Shown here: positions 9,217-19,300 of the stretch, piece by piece
Layout of the letters: the number at the start of each line of letters is the position of its first letter
Position numbering within the stretch: position 1 is the stretch's first letter
From: a virus
DNA length: 64,000 nucleotides
IMG/VR virus record: IMGVR_UViG_3300042527_000802
Coordinates: 32,001-96,000 of that record
Reading direction: 5' to 3' (one strand)
Notes under the pieces: model-generated
Databases searched by the model: none
Told to the model about the DNA's origin: nothing
What the model saw: the letters and a program-made list of their open reading frames with translations, nothing else
Position numbers and translations under genes: made by a program

Positions 9217-9846
9217 ATGGAAAAACAGTTTGAGCCTATGTCTACATATATATCTTTAGCTAAAAAAACCATCAATAAATTTGCCCCCAAATTTTATAAT
9301 GGCTTAAATAAAGAAATGCTTAGCAATGAAGAGGCTATATCAGATGTTGCAACAGCATTGATGTATGCCGATTGGAGATATGATCCAGAAAGAACAGGAA
9401 AAGAAGGAAACAAGAAAACACTATATTCATATAGAAATCAATGCGCTATTTGGGCAATTAAAACATATGTTACTCAAAAATATAAAAATAGTAATAAGCA
9501 ATATAAGGTTCATAGCCTAGATAATACATTCGACGATCAAGATAAATCCAATGGATATTGTATTACAATGAATAATAGTGAGCAAAATCCACTTGATATT
9601 CTGATAGAAAATGAAACAAACGACAATATCTCAGCAGATCTGCTAAAAACATTAAATAGTGGCGTCATATCTGACAAACAAAAACAGCAACTTATAATGT
9701 ACTATTATGACGATATGACATTATCTCAGATTGGCAAAAAATTTAATGTCTCAAGAGAAGCTATTCGTCAAAATATTAAGAGAGCTATTCAAGCTATTAA
9801 GAATTATGATAAAAGCACAGATAGTACTGTATGCTATTCTAATTGA
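9217..9846 (+). CDS. Phage RNA polymerase sigma-70 family factor (regions 2 and 4)
   Basis: Region 2-like ALMYADWRYDP...LYSY...WAIK; region 4 HTH ISDKQKQ...MTLSQIGKKFNVSREAIRQNIKRAI; SD GAGGA. Confidence 0.85.
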   Translation: MEKQFEPMSTYISLAKKTINKFAPKFYNGLNKEMLSNEEAISDVATALMYADWRYDPERTGKEGNKKTLYSYRNQCAIWAIKTYVTQKYKNSNKQYKVHSLDNTFDDQDKSNGYCITMNNSEQNPLDILIENETNDNISADLLKTLNSGVISDKQKQQLIMYYYDDMTLSQIGKKFNVSREAIRQNIKRAIQAIKNYDKSTDSTVCYSN

Positions 9847-10150
9847 TAATAGAATAGATAAATTAGAGATTTTATCTAATCATCCAGATAGATACGAACA
9901 ATGTTACGCATACGCAAGGACTGATTTAGATTTTCATTCTCAGATATGCAATATTTTTTCTAAATATTTTGATATAGATTATTCCTATGTCAATTTTATT
10001 TCATTAGAGCCATTTATCGAAAATGAAACTCTTATTCTGCCAGCTTATTGTTTAATACCATATAATGTTACTCTAAAGGAAGGATATTTTGTATCCCCCA
10101 CACATGCTTATAATTCACCAGCTATTAGAAAAATTCTTAATATTATTTAA
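9806..10150 (+). CDS. Hypothetical protein, possibly degenerate Nudix fold
   Basis: N-terminal strand pattern VLYAILID..KLEILS and LILPAYCLIP; no Nudix box. Confidence 0.4.
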   Translation: MIKAQIVLYAILIDNRIDKLEILSNHPDRYEQCYAYARTDLDFHSQICNIFSKYFDIDYSYVNFISLEPFIENETLILPAYCLIPYNVTLKEGYFVSPTHAYNSPAIRKILNII

Positions 10151-10541
10151 ACTAAAAAAGGATCATTATAATACTTCTTTAATAAAAGATAAGTCTAAAA
10201 CCATTGGATCTATTGGATTTGATATACTTGATAGTGATGAGATAGATATATTATACGGCATCCCCTCTGATTTATCAGGTAAAACTCCAGAAGACATAGC
10301 AAATATGGCAGAGCAGTTTGCAGGGCTTTTGGTTTCATTAACTTCTGGAAATCTTAATGAAAGCATTTTCAAATCGTTACGCTATCAAATGTCAAAAACT
10401 TCTGACTCTAATCATATATTATTTATCGATAATATATTAATTTTTTGGTCTGTTTTATATAAGGATAAACTTAAGAAAAGACAAAAAAAATACGATCAAC
10501 ATCAGCCACTAGTAAGACCATCAGAAGTATTCAGGCCATAA
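10104..10541 (+). CDS. Hypothetical protein
   Basis: ORF in co-oriented operon; ends PLVRPSEVF; start uncertain. Confidence 0.5.
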   Translation: MLIIHQLLEKFLILFKLKKDHYNTSLIKDKSKTIGSIGFDILDSDEIDILYGIPSDLSGKTPEDIANMAEQFAGLLVSLTSGNLNESIFKSLRYQMSKTSDSNHILFIDNILIFWSVLYKDKLKKRQKKYDQHQPLVRPSEVFRP

Positions 10542-10543
10542 GA

Positions 10544-10571
10544 TTGTATTAAATAATTATTGAATTAATAT
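10544..10571 (+). promoter_or_regulatory. Possible sigma70-like promoter TTGTAT-N16-TAATAT
   Basis: Intergenic; AT-rich context lowers specificity. Confidence 0.35.
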
Positions 10572-10597
10572 AATAATATCTCAAATAGGAAAAATTT

Positions 10598-11056
10598 ATG
10601 GCTAATTCACCAAAATTAATAATCTGGCAAAAATGGAGAGATCCATTTGGAGAAGAAGATGACGATATTGATATTGAAGAGAATGATGGTTTAGGCGATT
10701 TTTATAATGACGATATTCAAGAAGATCATGATATTGAAAAAAATATAGCAGATAATAAAAAGTTTTTTGCTAAACAGATCAAAGTTATAGCTACTCCTAT
10801 GGGAGTAATTCCAGTCAATGAAAATACTTCAAGCGTAAAAATTTTTAACTTTTGGCTGGGACATACTAATTTCAACCTTACAAAAGGGGTATGTACAGTA
10901 ATAGAGAACATTGATGGTGTGGAAACATTGGATATATTTACAAGGTATCGTTTCAGAATAGGAGTTGGAAAAGCGTTTAAAGATTCTGAAGTCATGCAAG
11001 ATATACAAGAATCTGTATACTCATATATAGAAGAAAATGAATATGAAAAAAGCTAA
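10598..11056 (+). CDS. Hypothetical protein
   Basis: ORF with SD AGGA; acidic N-terminus; FNFWLGHTNF...GVETLDIFTRYRFRIGVGK. Confidence 0.6.
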   Translation: MANSPKLIIWQKWRDPFGEEDDDIDIEENDGLGDFYNDDIQEDHDIEKNIADNKKFFAKQIKVIATPMGVIPVNENTSSVKIFNFWLGHTNFNLTKGVCTVIENIDGVETLDIFTRYRFRIGVGKAFKDSEVMQDIQESVYSYIEENEYEKS

Positions 11057-11726
11057 AGAAATATCTGATCAAGATATAGTTACAATACATAATTATAATA
11101 TCGATATTTCTAATAGAGAAATTTATTTACATTCTTATTTGAGTGAGATGGAAGAAGAGCCAGGAGTAGACTATAGATGCGCTTCAATTTTTGAAAAAAA
11201 TCTTAGATATCTCAATCTACTATCTTCTGAGCCGATACTAATACATATGCATCTTCCTGGCGGAGAATGGCAAGACTGTCTAGGAATGTATGACGCTATC
11301 AAGTTTTCAAAATCAAAAGTTATCATACTTGCCTATGCAAAAGCCGAATCATCAAGCAGTGTTCTATTACAAGCTGCGGATTTAAGAATATTAATGCCAA
11401 ATACAAATGTTTTGATACATTATGGTTCTTTTAGTATTAATGAAGAACACAGTAAAGCAGCAGCAAGTTCTATACAATGGAATGAAGAAGAGTGCGATAA
11501 GATGATAGATATTTTTACCGATAGGTGTATGAATAGTAAGATTGCACAAGAAAAAAATTGGAAAAAAATGATGGCAAAAAAACACATTGTTTCACAGTTG
11601 GCTAATAAATGCGATTGGATACTAACAGCAATTGAAGCTGTGGATTATGGTTTCGCCGATGGTATACTTGGAACTAAAGATTTTCTAACAATAGAATCAA
11701 TCAAAGCATATGCTAAAAAATTATGA
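11037..11726 (+). CDS. clpP: ClpP-family serine protease
   Basis: REIYL, HLPGG, MYDAIK, AESSSS (Ser), VLIHYG (His), CDWILTAIEAVDYGFADGI (Asp). Confidence 0.85.
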   Translation: MNMKKAKEISDQDIVTIHNYNIDISNREIYLHSYLSEMEEEPGVDYRCASIFEKNLRYLNLLSSEPILIHMHLPGGEWQDCLGMYDAIKFSKSKVIILAYAKAESSSSVLLQAADLRILMPNTNVLIHYGSFSINEEHSKAAASSIQWNEEECDKMIDIFTDRCMNSKIAQEKNWKKMMAKKHIVSQLANKCDWILTAIEAVDYGFADGILGTKDFLTIESIKAYAKKL

Positions 11727-12376
11727 AATATATAGAATATGCGTGTCATGATTATTCTCTAAATGAAACAGAAGTAGAAGCCAACATAACAGCTGCTGCA
11801 AAATATGGAATTAATTCAATATCTATACTTCCATATAGTTTGTCTTTAATAAAAAATCTTTCAATAATTAAAGATAAAAATATTAGCATATCATGTATTG
11901 CAGATTTTCCTGGTGGTAATTGTGATATTAAAACCAGAAACTTTTTAGTAACCCAATTATGCAAACAAAATGTTAATTATATAGATATAATGATACCTAC
12001 AAAAATTATTAGTAATAGAAAATATGATAAATTTAGAGATGATATCAAAACTAATTTAGAAATTTGCAATGAGCACAATGTACAGTTAAGGTATATTTTA
12101 GAATATAGAGTTTATAGCCATGAAATTTTAGCTAAAGTGTGTCAAATATTAGTTGATTTTGGGGTTAAAACTATTTTTCCATCTTCTGGTATGATGTTAG
12201 ACGATATTAGTGATAACCTAATAGCTTGTAATTTTTTAATGACAAAAAGTAAAATTAATACCATTTGTACTGGTAATGTCTATCAAAGTAAACATTGCAA
12301 TATGGTTAAAAATACGGACAACTTATATGGTATTAGATTTTCTAATTTATCAAGTTTAGCCATTTTTCAAAATTAA
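11723..12376 (+). CDS. DeoC (deoxyribose-phosphate aldolase)-fold protein lacking catalytic lysines
   Basis: IADFPGG, IDIMIP, LRYILE, GVKTIFPSSG align to DeoC motifs, with the Lys positions substituted. Confidence 0.7.
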   Translation: MKYIEYACHDYSLNETEVEANITAAAKYGINSISILPYSLSLIKNLSIIKDKNISISCIADFPGGNCDIKTRNFLVTQLCKQNVNYIDIMIPTKIISNRKYDKFRDDIKTNLEICNEHNVQLRYILEYRVYSHEILAKVCQILVDFGVKTIFPSSGMMLDDISDNLIACNFLMTKSKINTICTGNVYQSKHCNMVKNTDNLYGIRFSNLSSLAIFQN

Positions 12377-12414
12377 ATAGGCTTAAACCAAAAGAATGAT
12401 TTTTGGTAATTTTT

Positions 12415-12422
12415 GGGGTATA
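12415..12422 (+). promoter_or_regulatory. GG(T/G)GTAT motif, candidate phage-sigma promoter
   Basis: Intergenic GGGGTATA upstream of the ATG at 12460. Confidence 0.5.
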
Positions 12423-12459
12423 AGATATATGTCATCCTTTTAATATATGGAGAATAATA

Positions 12460-13017
12460 ATGGCAACCATACAACAGGGCGGTAGTAGTGTAACAGGTAA
12501 CGCTTGGAGTGGCACTTCCACCAAAAATGATAGTGGAGTCGCTCGTAGAATTAAAACAACAAGCCAATTAAGTTCAGTAGCTTCTGGCCTAAATACTCCA
12601 ACTGGTTCGGTTGTTGTTGATGGCACAGATACAAATAAATCTTTAGATGCTGGAACTTTTGCATACAATAACCAAAGACCTGTTGCTAAAAGATTAACAT
12701 CTTCATTAGCCACAGTTACTAGAACATTCCTAATAAGTGGTGCTGCTAGACCAGAATTAGTTGTTAGTGTTAATAAAATAGAATCAGTTGACACCAGAGC
12801 TATTGCCACAGCAATAAGAGCTGGATACTGGAATATCTATAGTGGCCTATTTACTACAAGTCCAACAGTCTCCACAGACGCTATGCACAAGTCTGTTTCT
12901 GGCACATCAGTTATCGACGTAGCAGCAAATGTAAGTCGCTCAAGCACAGGTAGACTCACATATATGCTCGGTGCTGGTAATGCGGTCAAACTCTCTTATG
13001 ATTCAAAGCGCGGTTAA
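12460..13017 (+). CDS. Ser/Thr/Gly-rich probable virion protein
   Basis: SD GGAGA, own promoter motif and terminator, structural-type composition. Confidence 0.55.
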   Translation: MATIQQGGSSVTGNAWSGTSTKNDSGVARRIKTTSQLSSVASGLNTPTGSVVVDGTDTNKSLDAGTFAYNNQRPVAKRLTSSLATVTRTFLISGAARPELVVSVNKIESVDTRAIATAIRAGYWNIYSGLFTTSPTVSTDAMHKSVSGTSVIDVAANVSRSSTGRLTYMLGAGNAVKLSYDSKRG

Positions 13018-13043
13018 TTCATTAATAATTTACATTAGCAATT

Positions 13044-13051
13044 AGTGTATA
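13044..13051 (+). promoter_or_regulatory. AGTGTATA variant of the candidate phage-sigma promoter
   Basis: Intergenic, abutting the terminator hairpin, upstream of the ATG at 13101. Confidence 0.4.
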
Positions 13052-13085
13052 ATAAGCCAGAAGACAACTTCTGGCTTATTTTTTT
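13051..13085 (+). terminator. Rho-independent terminator
   Basis: Perfect 13-bp stem AATAAGCCAGAAG/CTTCTGGCTTATT, ACAA loop, followed by a T-run. Confidence 0.8.
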
Positions 13086-13100
13086 ATCTGGAGTCGTATT

Positions 13101-13418
13101 ATGTCAGAAACCATTATACATTTTTGGCAATCTTTAGCCACTGTTAGTCTAGGAGTTATTGTTACATTATTAGGTTTTTGGGTTGGAGTAGGTAGAAAAA
13201 TTGTATCTAGAGAAGAAATTGTCGAAATGATTAAAAATGATTCTCCCTACTTACAAGATAAACAATTTATTTTAGAAAGATTAGCAATGAATAAAGAAAC
13301 ACAAGCAGCATTTGCTAATGCTTTACAAAGAAATTCAGATGTAATGAATGAACTTAAAGTACAAATAGCTACACTTGGCAAAACCCTAGAAGCTCTAGAA
13401 GATAGAATAGAAAGATAA
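13101..13418 (+). CDS. Single-TM protein with C-terminal coiled coil (holin/lysis-accessory-like)
   Basis: Hydrophobic SLATVSLGVIVTLLGFWVGV; heptad C-terminus; SD GGAG. Confidence 0.55.
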   Translation: MSETIIHFWQSLATVSLGVIVTLLGFWVGVGRKIVSREEIVEMIKNDSPYLQDKQFILERLAMNKETQAAFANALQRNSDVMNELKVQIATLGKTLEALEDRIER

Positions 13419-13421
13419 TAT

Positions 13422-13778
13422 ATGAGTTGTTCTGATCATGTAAATCCATCTACTGTTGAATTTGTTGCATATGGAATTAAAACTTCTGAAATTGGACAGT
13501 ATAAAACAATGATAGAGATATCCGTTCCATCTAATGCTAGTAAAAGCATACTAGAGATATCGTTATTTAATAAAACATTATCAAAATATGATTATAGCAG
13601 TATTCATATTCCAATAGATGGCGATTGTTCATGCGTCCCCAATTGCATTGTTCAAACTAAATTATATAATAGTAAATTATATTATGTATTTAATTTTAAT
13701 GCTTTAATAAAAGGACACGAATATACATTAAGTTATTGTTTAAAATATAATAAAGATCCTAGTATAACAACAGTGTGA
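13422..13778 (+). CDS. Hypothetical protein, possibly Ig/FN3-like
   Basis: ORF; NALIKGHEYTLSY resembles the repeats in the large downstream proteins. Confidence 0.45.
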   Translation: MSCSDHVNPSTVEFVAYGIKTSEIGQYKTMIEISVPSNASKSILEISLFNKTLSKYDYSSIHIPIDGDCSCVPNCIVQTKLYNSKLYYVFNFNALIKGHEYTLSYCLKYNKDPSITTV

Positions 13779-13793
13779 TAAATTATAGAATAT

Positions 13794-13821
13794 TTGCATA
13801 TTATTGGATTTGTTCTATTAT
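13794..13821 (+). promoter_or_regulatory. Possible sigma70-like promoter TTGCAT-N16-TATTAT
   Basis: Intergenic, upstream of the ATG at 13860. Confidence 0.35.
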
Positions 13822-13859
13822 AAGTATAAAATATCAAATTATAAAAAGGAAATATATCC

Positions 13860-16265
13860 ATGACTCTGATTATTAGTTCTATTGATTGTTTAGGAGTATC
13901 TGGTTCTAGTGCTAGCCTACTAATTAATACTCCTGAAATCTACCCTAATACCATCATTCAGGCTGCTCAATATGACTCTGGTAGTGGCATTATTGGCTCA
14001 TGGAGCGGAGTGGCATCCCTATCGTCTACTGCACAAACAATATCTATAAATACAAATGAATTAACTCGTTATTTAAAGTTCAGACTATATGATCAGTCTT
14101 GTAGTGGAATATTTAGTAATACTGTTAATTTTAATCAATATGCTAACTGGAATGGTAGTGAATCATTAAGTCCATCTGGAAATGTTACTACTGTAGGTAG
14201 TAATGGACCACCAAGTTTTTATAATACATACGATCAAAATGGACAAGTATATGAGTGGAACGACTTAGACGCTACTGAAAATATCTACAAAGGATTGCGA
14301 GGTGGTAGTTATGCAAGTATTAACATTGACTTACAAGCAGCCACCAGGCCAATGCTACCAGAAGCTTTATATGAAGGAGCAGAAGTAGGATTTAGAGTAG
14401 CATCAAACACTAATCCATCTGGATACAGTAACTTTGTATCTGTTGGAGATTCTAATAATACTGCAGACGATACTGGCTATGGTGCTGTATCTAGTGATTT
14501 TATGATTAGTGAACACTTAACAACAAATTGTGGATACGTTTATTTTTTAAATTGCGTTGCTCAAGATAACGATTCATATGGACTATATAACGAATCAATG
14601 AATACAGATTTAAGAGGAGGAATAAATAAAACTGAAACATATGTGCAGATAGCAGACGATCTGTATCAAACAGTTAGACAATATTCTTGTAAAACAAATA
14701 TGTGCGACAAACCTGTCAATTATGTAAGCTGGTTTGATGCTGCAAGATACTGCAATTGGCTTCATAATGGCAGACCATCTGGTTCATCTAATAACAGCAC
14801 TGAAAATGGAGCATATACATTAAATGGTACAACGACAGGTCCAGCACCAGCTAAAAATGTATCTGGAAATTACTATCTACCAACAGAAAATCAATGGTAT
14901 AAAGCCGCTTATTATAAAGGAGGAGGAACAGATGCCGGATATTGGACTTATGCTACACGAAGTAACTCAACTCCATTCTCTGTGCTTGCAGATGCAATAG
15001 GAAACGGACCATCTGGCACAGGAATGTACTCATGTTCTAGTGAAACAACTCCAGTATTAATTGGTTGTGGGCTAACGACATGGGAGCCTACAGGTTGTAT
15101 AGAATTACCAGAAGGTAATTACTGTATTTATGATGATGATAAATTACCAGATCCTCCACCATCAGCAACAGGAACATATTATGTAAGTAGTAAAATATTA
15201 TTAGATTTTGATGTCAATAAATCAATAAATCATGCACCAGAAGACTCAGTTCCATATTATTGGAGTGGAGTACATTTAGAGCTAGATTATTCTTCTGGAA
15301 ATGACTGGATCGTTTCATCTGCTACAGGTATTCCTACTGGAATTACTTTTAGTGGCAACTATACTCCATTTGCTTACAGTGGACTGCTTGGTTTAGTAAT
15401 GACACTAACAACATTTGAGTATGACGGTACTGTAAAACAAATATTTAATATAGATAATAATTTAGAAAGTCCTTATGGACTTGATCTATCTATAGAAATA
15501 CCTCTAAGATATCGATCTTTCTATAATGACTATACTATTTCTGAAGGATATACTCTTCCAGTATTTAGTGATACTGATAATGATCAATATCTTTTAGGTC
15601 TTACTTCTGGAGTTTGTTATTACGATCCATCTGTTACTTTTCCATCAGGTTCTTATCCTTATAATGTTGGCAGTATTAGTGTAACAATGGTAAATTCTTG
15701 TAGATCACCAGGTCAATCTCCTTGCGTTAGTCCTCCAGGTCCAGCATGCCCAACGTTTACAGTATTGCCTCCTGGATTAGATATAATAGATGTTAATAAT
15801 CAAGGAAGATATGGAAGACCAATTGATATAGACGTAAATTGTGATGGCACAATACGCCCAGTTGATTCTGATTTTACACATTTAAGTCCATCGTATTATA
15901 AATTTTATTTTTCATCAGCTGTAGGAGGCGCTGTTCCTGTTATTGATGATAAATTTCATGATACTACATGGTTAGATCAAAAAATAGTACCAATTCATTC
16001 AGAACCTACGCCAGCAGCTTTAAGAGATTGGGTGTGTGACCATTTACGCTTTGTCTCGCTTACAGACTATTCAGATTATGTTGCAGATAGTGGTAATGAG
16101 GCAAGTTATCATGGATTTATTTGTTTATCAAACAACCCAGGTGTTGCATTATCTGGATGTTTTGCTCTTAAAAATTCTTGGCCATATAACGACTTATATT
16201 GGGAGCAAGGTAGATGCTCAGGATTACCGCCTGGTGAAATTCCAGTTAATCTTGTTCCATGCTAA
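13860..16265 (+). CDS. Large probable virion/adhesion protein with a circularly permuted FGE-sulfatase (CLec-fold) domain
   Basis: DQNGQVYEW..RGGSY..GFRVAS precedes GYGAV..KPVNYVSWFDAARYCNWL..LPTENQWYKAA. Confidence 0.75.
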   Translation: MTLIISSIDCLGVSGSSASLLINTPEIYPNTIIQAAQYDSGSGIIGSWSGVASLSSTAQTISINTNELTRYLKFRLYDQSCSGIFSNTVNFNQYANWNGSESLSPSGNVTTVGSNGPPSFYNTYDQNGQVYEWNDLDATENIYKGLRGGSYASINIDLQAATRPMLPEALYEGAEVGFRVASNTNPSGYSNFVSVGDSNNTADDTGYGAVSSDFMISEHLTTNCGYVYFLNCVAQDNDSYGLYNESMNTDLRGGINKTETYVQIADDLYQTVRQYSCKTNMCDKPVNYVSWFDAARYCNWLHNGRPSGSSNNSTENGAYTLNGTTTGPAPAKNVSGNYYLPTENQWYKAAYYKGGGTDAGYWTYATRSNSTPFSVLADAIGNGPSGTGMYSCSSETTPVLIGCGLTTWEPTGCIELPEGNYCIYDDDKLPDPPPSATGTYYVSSKILLDFDVNKSINHAPEDSVPYYWSGVHLELDYSSGNDWIVSSATGIPTGITFSGNYTPFAYSGLLGLVMTLTTFEYDGTVKQIFNIDNNLESPYGLDLSIEIPLRYRSFYNDYTISEGYTLPVFSDTDNDQYLLGLTSGVCYYDPSVTFPSGSYPYNVGSISVTMVNSCRSPGQSPCVSPPGPACPTFTVLPPGLDIIDVNNQGRYGRPIDIDVNCDGTIRPVDSDFTHLSPSYYKFYFSSAVGGAVPVIDDKFHDTTWLDQKIVPIHSEPTPAALRDWVCDHLRFVSLTDYSDYVADSGNEASYHGFICLSNNPGVALSGCFALKNSWPYNDLYWEQGRCSGLPPGEIPVNLVPC

Positions 16266-16307
16266 TTTAAAGATACATATATTATTGTCCATACTAGCAA
16301 TAGCTAT

Positions 16308-16315
16308 GGTGTACT
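16308..16315 (+). promoter_or_regulatory. GGTGTACT variant of the candidate phage-sigma promoter
   Basis: Intergenic, upstream of the ATG at 16364. Confidence 0.4.
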
Positions 16316-16363
16316 TTTAGATAGGAATACTTTGGATTTCTATTATGGCCAATATATACAATT

Positions 16364-19300
16364 ATGATCATAAACTCCATAAAACTAGCTTTTACTTATG
16401 ATGGTGAAGAGCCATTACCTCTTATAGAAATACCAGATATTTCTAATTATGGTCTATATATAGACTATAACAACTTCATTAATGCTACATTAGCTATTTA
16501 TGGTACTCAAAGAGACGATGGAACTATACCAGTTTTTTGGACTAGGCTTAAAAATAATAATGATACTGCCAGAGAGGCCGATAGCAATAGCACATTAAAG
16601 GTTTTGATTCCAAACCATTCATATTATATTGTTTTAATAAATAACAATTTTTTACCATTAAAAATACCTAAAAATAATGGCGCAAAAGAATTTCTGGAAA
16701 TCATACCACCAGTAGCTAATTCGTTTGAAGCAGATTGCTTAGGGAATTTACAATTTACATCATCTTATAATAATAGATTTACATTGAATTATGCCAGTGG
16801 TAATCTTTTATTAATAGATCTTCCATTAACTGGATTATTATTTAATGAGCAATATACATATATTATTAATCCATTATTTTCTAATTGGCCCGCAAATCTA
16901 TCTAAAAAATCTGGAATACTAAAGCAGGATAATCCAAAAGATGCTCTAGGATTTGTATCAAGTAATATTAAAACCTTTTTTGAATATGAATCTTGTGACG
17001 ATATGTCAAAGTGTACTGGAAATATTCCATATGCTATGATAGAAACTAATAATGAATATTTTCAAAATAATATTTTTACATTATTAAATTTAGATATCTA
17101 TAAAAATACTACCAAAGTTTTATCAGATACTATAACTATTACATGTGATAACTGTTTTAATATTACTGATCAATCAATATTGCCAAAAGAATGTCCAGTA
17201 GTATCAGCGCCTTCAAAGATATATTTAAACAATAAAGAATATTATCAAAATTTTAGTATTAATTATGATAAGCTGGATCCAAACCAGACATACTCATATA
17301 AGTTTGCTTCCAAGGGCTCAAACTGGCCCCATAGAATAGATAAAGCTTCTGGCATTATATATCCTCAACAATTTTATATATCTACAGGACTATGTGAATG
17401 TAGTGGCCTTGATGTGAAATACGGGTCGGGACAGTTAGACTGTACAATAACTTTCTCTCCAGATCCAGATATAGATCCTAATTGGTCAAATCTAGCATAT
17501 AATTTAGATAACTATTATAATGAGTCTTTTGTTAAAAATAATATTTATTCTAATATAGAATTTGAATTAATAGGCTCTAATTGTAGTGGAAACAAAACAC
17601 AGATTGTAGCACTATGCGCCGACTGCCTACCGCTCACAAAAGACTGCATTAGTAATGCATATGTCAATATAAACAATACTAATACATCATATCCAGTAAA
17701 TTTTACTTATTTTAATAGACCTGGAGCAGAAATTAGTATAGATTATTCTTGCTCTAGTTTTGATCAACCTCTATATGTAGATATAAGTGGATTATGTTCT
17801 GGTGAATTATACGACTATATTTTTACTAGTTATCCTAATATAATTATAACACCAGCGACAGGATCTTTTGGATTCTATAATGGATTTGGTAGACTAGCCA
17901 TATTAGCTAATCTTGATTCGTACAAGACTTCATCTATTAATTTAAAGATTATACATAGAGAGTCTAATAAAAGTATTACTGATAGTATAATATTAAGAGC
18001 ATATGATTCATCATTACCTCCTCCACCAAATCCCTATTTATCGCCAACTCCAACTAAAACTAAAGCTCCAACACCTACACCTAGTATTAGCCAAACTCTG
18101 ACTCCTACTGTTACTCCTACAATAACCATAAGTCCCACAGTAAGTATTACACGCAGCGTTACTCCAACCCTAACTGTGAGTCAAACTATTAGTCCTACGG
18201 TGACTCCTACAATTAGTAGCAGTAGAACTCCAACTCCAACAGTTAGCGTCAGTCAAACAGTTACGCCTACGGTTAGTGTTAGTCAAACGGTTACGCCAAC
18301 AATTAGTAGCAGCAGAACTCCAACTCCAACAGTTAGTATTAGTCCAAGTATTAGTTTAACTCCAAGTAGCACTCCTACTATTACTCCTACTATAACAGTT
18401 ACTTGTAGCTTAACGCCAACAATAAGTATTACTCCGAGTATTACTACGACATCAACAGTTACTCCTACTGTAACTAAGACTTCAACAACTCCAACTCCAA
18501 CGCCAACAGTAACTCGTACTTCGCTAACTCCAACGCCAACAGTAACAGTAACAAAAACTAGTACTACTCCAACTCCAACAGTAACTAAAACATTAACAAT
18601 TACTCCAACAGCAACTAGCACACCAGCAGCTACTCCGACCGTTACGGTAACAAGAACATTAACTACAACTCCAACACCATCTCCGACAACAGAATTTACA
18701 GAATGTCCAGGATTCCCACCAAATGTTATACCAAATAATTGGTATTGTTGCCCAGACCAGCTTGGAGCAGCATTGACTTCTGAGTATTGCGGAGTTACAG
18801 GAGAAAACTATATACCTCTTTCCGGTATTAGATTATCTTCTGTTAATCTTTCTGCAGAATGTTTTACAACTAATGAGAGAAAATTTGATATAGTATTTTC
18901 TTATAATCCAACATGCAGTGATAGTTTTGAATATAGAACAAATGGGGCATACACTGGCTGGATGAATGTATTTTCTTCAGTTAAAACACATTGTAATAAT
19001 GTTAGCAAGACAATATTTGTGCCATCTGGTTCAACAGAAGCATGCTTCAGATTCTATACAGACCAATATAATTATTCAAATGAAATATGCGTACCCATAA
19101 CTCCATGTGAGCCTAGAACAACTGGAGTTTTACCAATAATATGTTCTACTGGCGATGTTAGACAAATTAGAGTAATGTACAGTGATATGGATGGCCCATG
19201 CCCAGGAGGACATTTCTGCGGCAGAGCAAACTTTGATTTATATATTAATGATAATAATATTGGAATTGTTAATCTTAACAACGACGGTGGATCCTGCGAC

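Noticed and set aside
8425-11531. GGTGTA matches inside coding regions (8425, 11524)
   Set aside because: They are explained by codons (GVH, RCM) and were not counted as promoter copies.
12432-12809. Minus-strand 125-aa ORF and other short antisense ORFs
   Set aside because: They overlap better-supported + strand genes that have SD sequences and recognisable motifs.
18040-18690. CRISPR-like array
   Set aside because: The repeats are in-frame degenerate coding units without unique spacers.
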